A stretch of DNA of 60,647 nt, from positions 1-60,647 of IMG/VR virus record IMGVR_UViG_3300031825_000011, one strand, 5' to 3'. The notes under the pieces are model-generated. The model made no database searches. It saw nothing but the letters and a program-made list of their open reading frames with translations, and had not been told where the DNA came from. Below are positions 60,249 to 60,647 of the stretch, piece by piece; position 1 is the stretch's first letter, and each line of letters begins with the position of its first letter. The DNA is from a virus. Lineage: Duplodnaviria > Caudoviricetes. Position numbers and translations under genes: made by a program.

Positions 60249-60647
60249 TCATTTCACCTCTTTAAGTGCGCGGATTTGTCTTGCAACATCACCATAAATT
60301 ATCTTTGAAAACCCATTGTTTATAAGATCATCAAAGTGTCTAGCAGCACGTTCCAACACCTCATCATCATGCGCTTGCAGTGATTCGGCTGGGGTGGTTG
60401 CGATGGTGTTTTGGATAATATTAAAAGCCATAAATATATAACCATGAGCATTAGATATTTTTTCTCTAATTTCTTTATTAACTCGATGCCCAAATGCCGG
60501 TACACGCATCCAATGTTCTTTGAATTGTTCGATACGATTAAATGATAATTCCAAAGCCTCGCGCAAATCATGATTGTTGGCTTGGAGTTCATATATTTTA
60601 GTATCTCTCTCTTGAACTTGAGAACATCTAATATTTGTCTGCTGCCT
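60249..60647 (-). CDS. Early hypothetical protein, C-terminal part; frame open to the window end
   Basis: No stop between 60647 and the stop at 60249-60251; ELQANNHDLREAL...EVLERAA. Confidence 0.55.
   Translation of the reverse strand, partial: RQQTNIRCSQVQERDTKIYELQANNHDLREALELSFNRIEQFKEHWMRVPAFGHRVNKEIREKISNAHGYIFMAFNIIQNTIATTPAESLQAHDDEVLERAARHFDDLINNGFSKIIYGDVARQIRALKEVK

Noticed and set aside
60320-60592. 90-aa minus-strand ORF
   Set aside because: Overlaps the more protein-like 60249 frame; probably an alternative-frame artefact

Overview
The window is an essentially complete, circularly permuted genome (~60.6 kb) of a temperate, short-tailed (podovirus-like) lambdoid phage. The host is probably a proteobacterium; this is inferred from gene families and cannot be assigned from the sequence alone. 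Layout: leftward early genes (HNH-AP2, DnaQ-like exonuclease, YqaJ exonuclease and RecT/Bet recombinase); cI/cro switch with palindromic operators; YdaU-type replication and nin-like genes (Dam methylase, NinB, RuvC-like resolvase, dATP/dGTP diphosphohydrolase, Q-like antiterminator); a ~1.3 kb structured, mostly non-coding late leader; lysis genes; terS, an inserted fibre/lectin module, terL; portal, scaffold and capsid; a methyltransferase/glycosyltransferase cassette; tail and ejection genes; a 4240-aa polyvalent protein; a metallophosphoesterase; an intact attP (tRNA-Leu-like 3' end); integrase and excisionase. The most striking signal is inside the giant gene. A complete HNH endonuclease gene with its own -10 box and RBS lies antisense and codon-aligned within it without breaking its frame, and three RBS-equipped +1-frame ORFs sit in linker-like insertions. 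Two genes are also frameshifted by one extra G in poly-G tracts. Family assignments are from motif recognition, not database searches.
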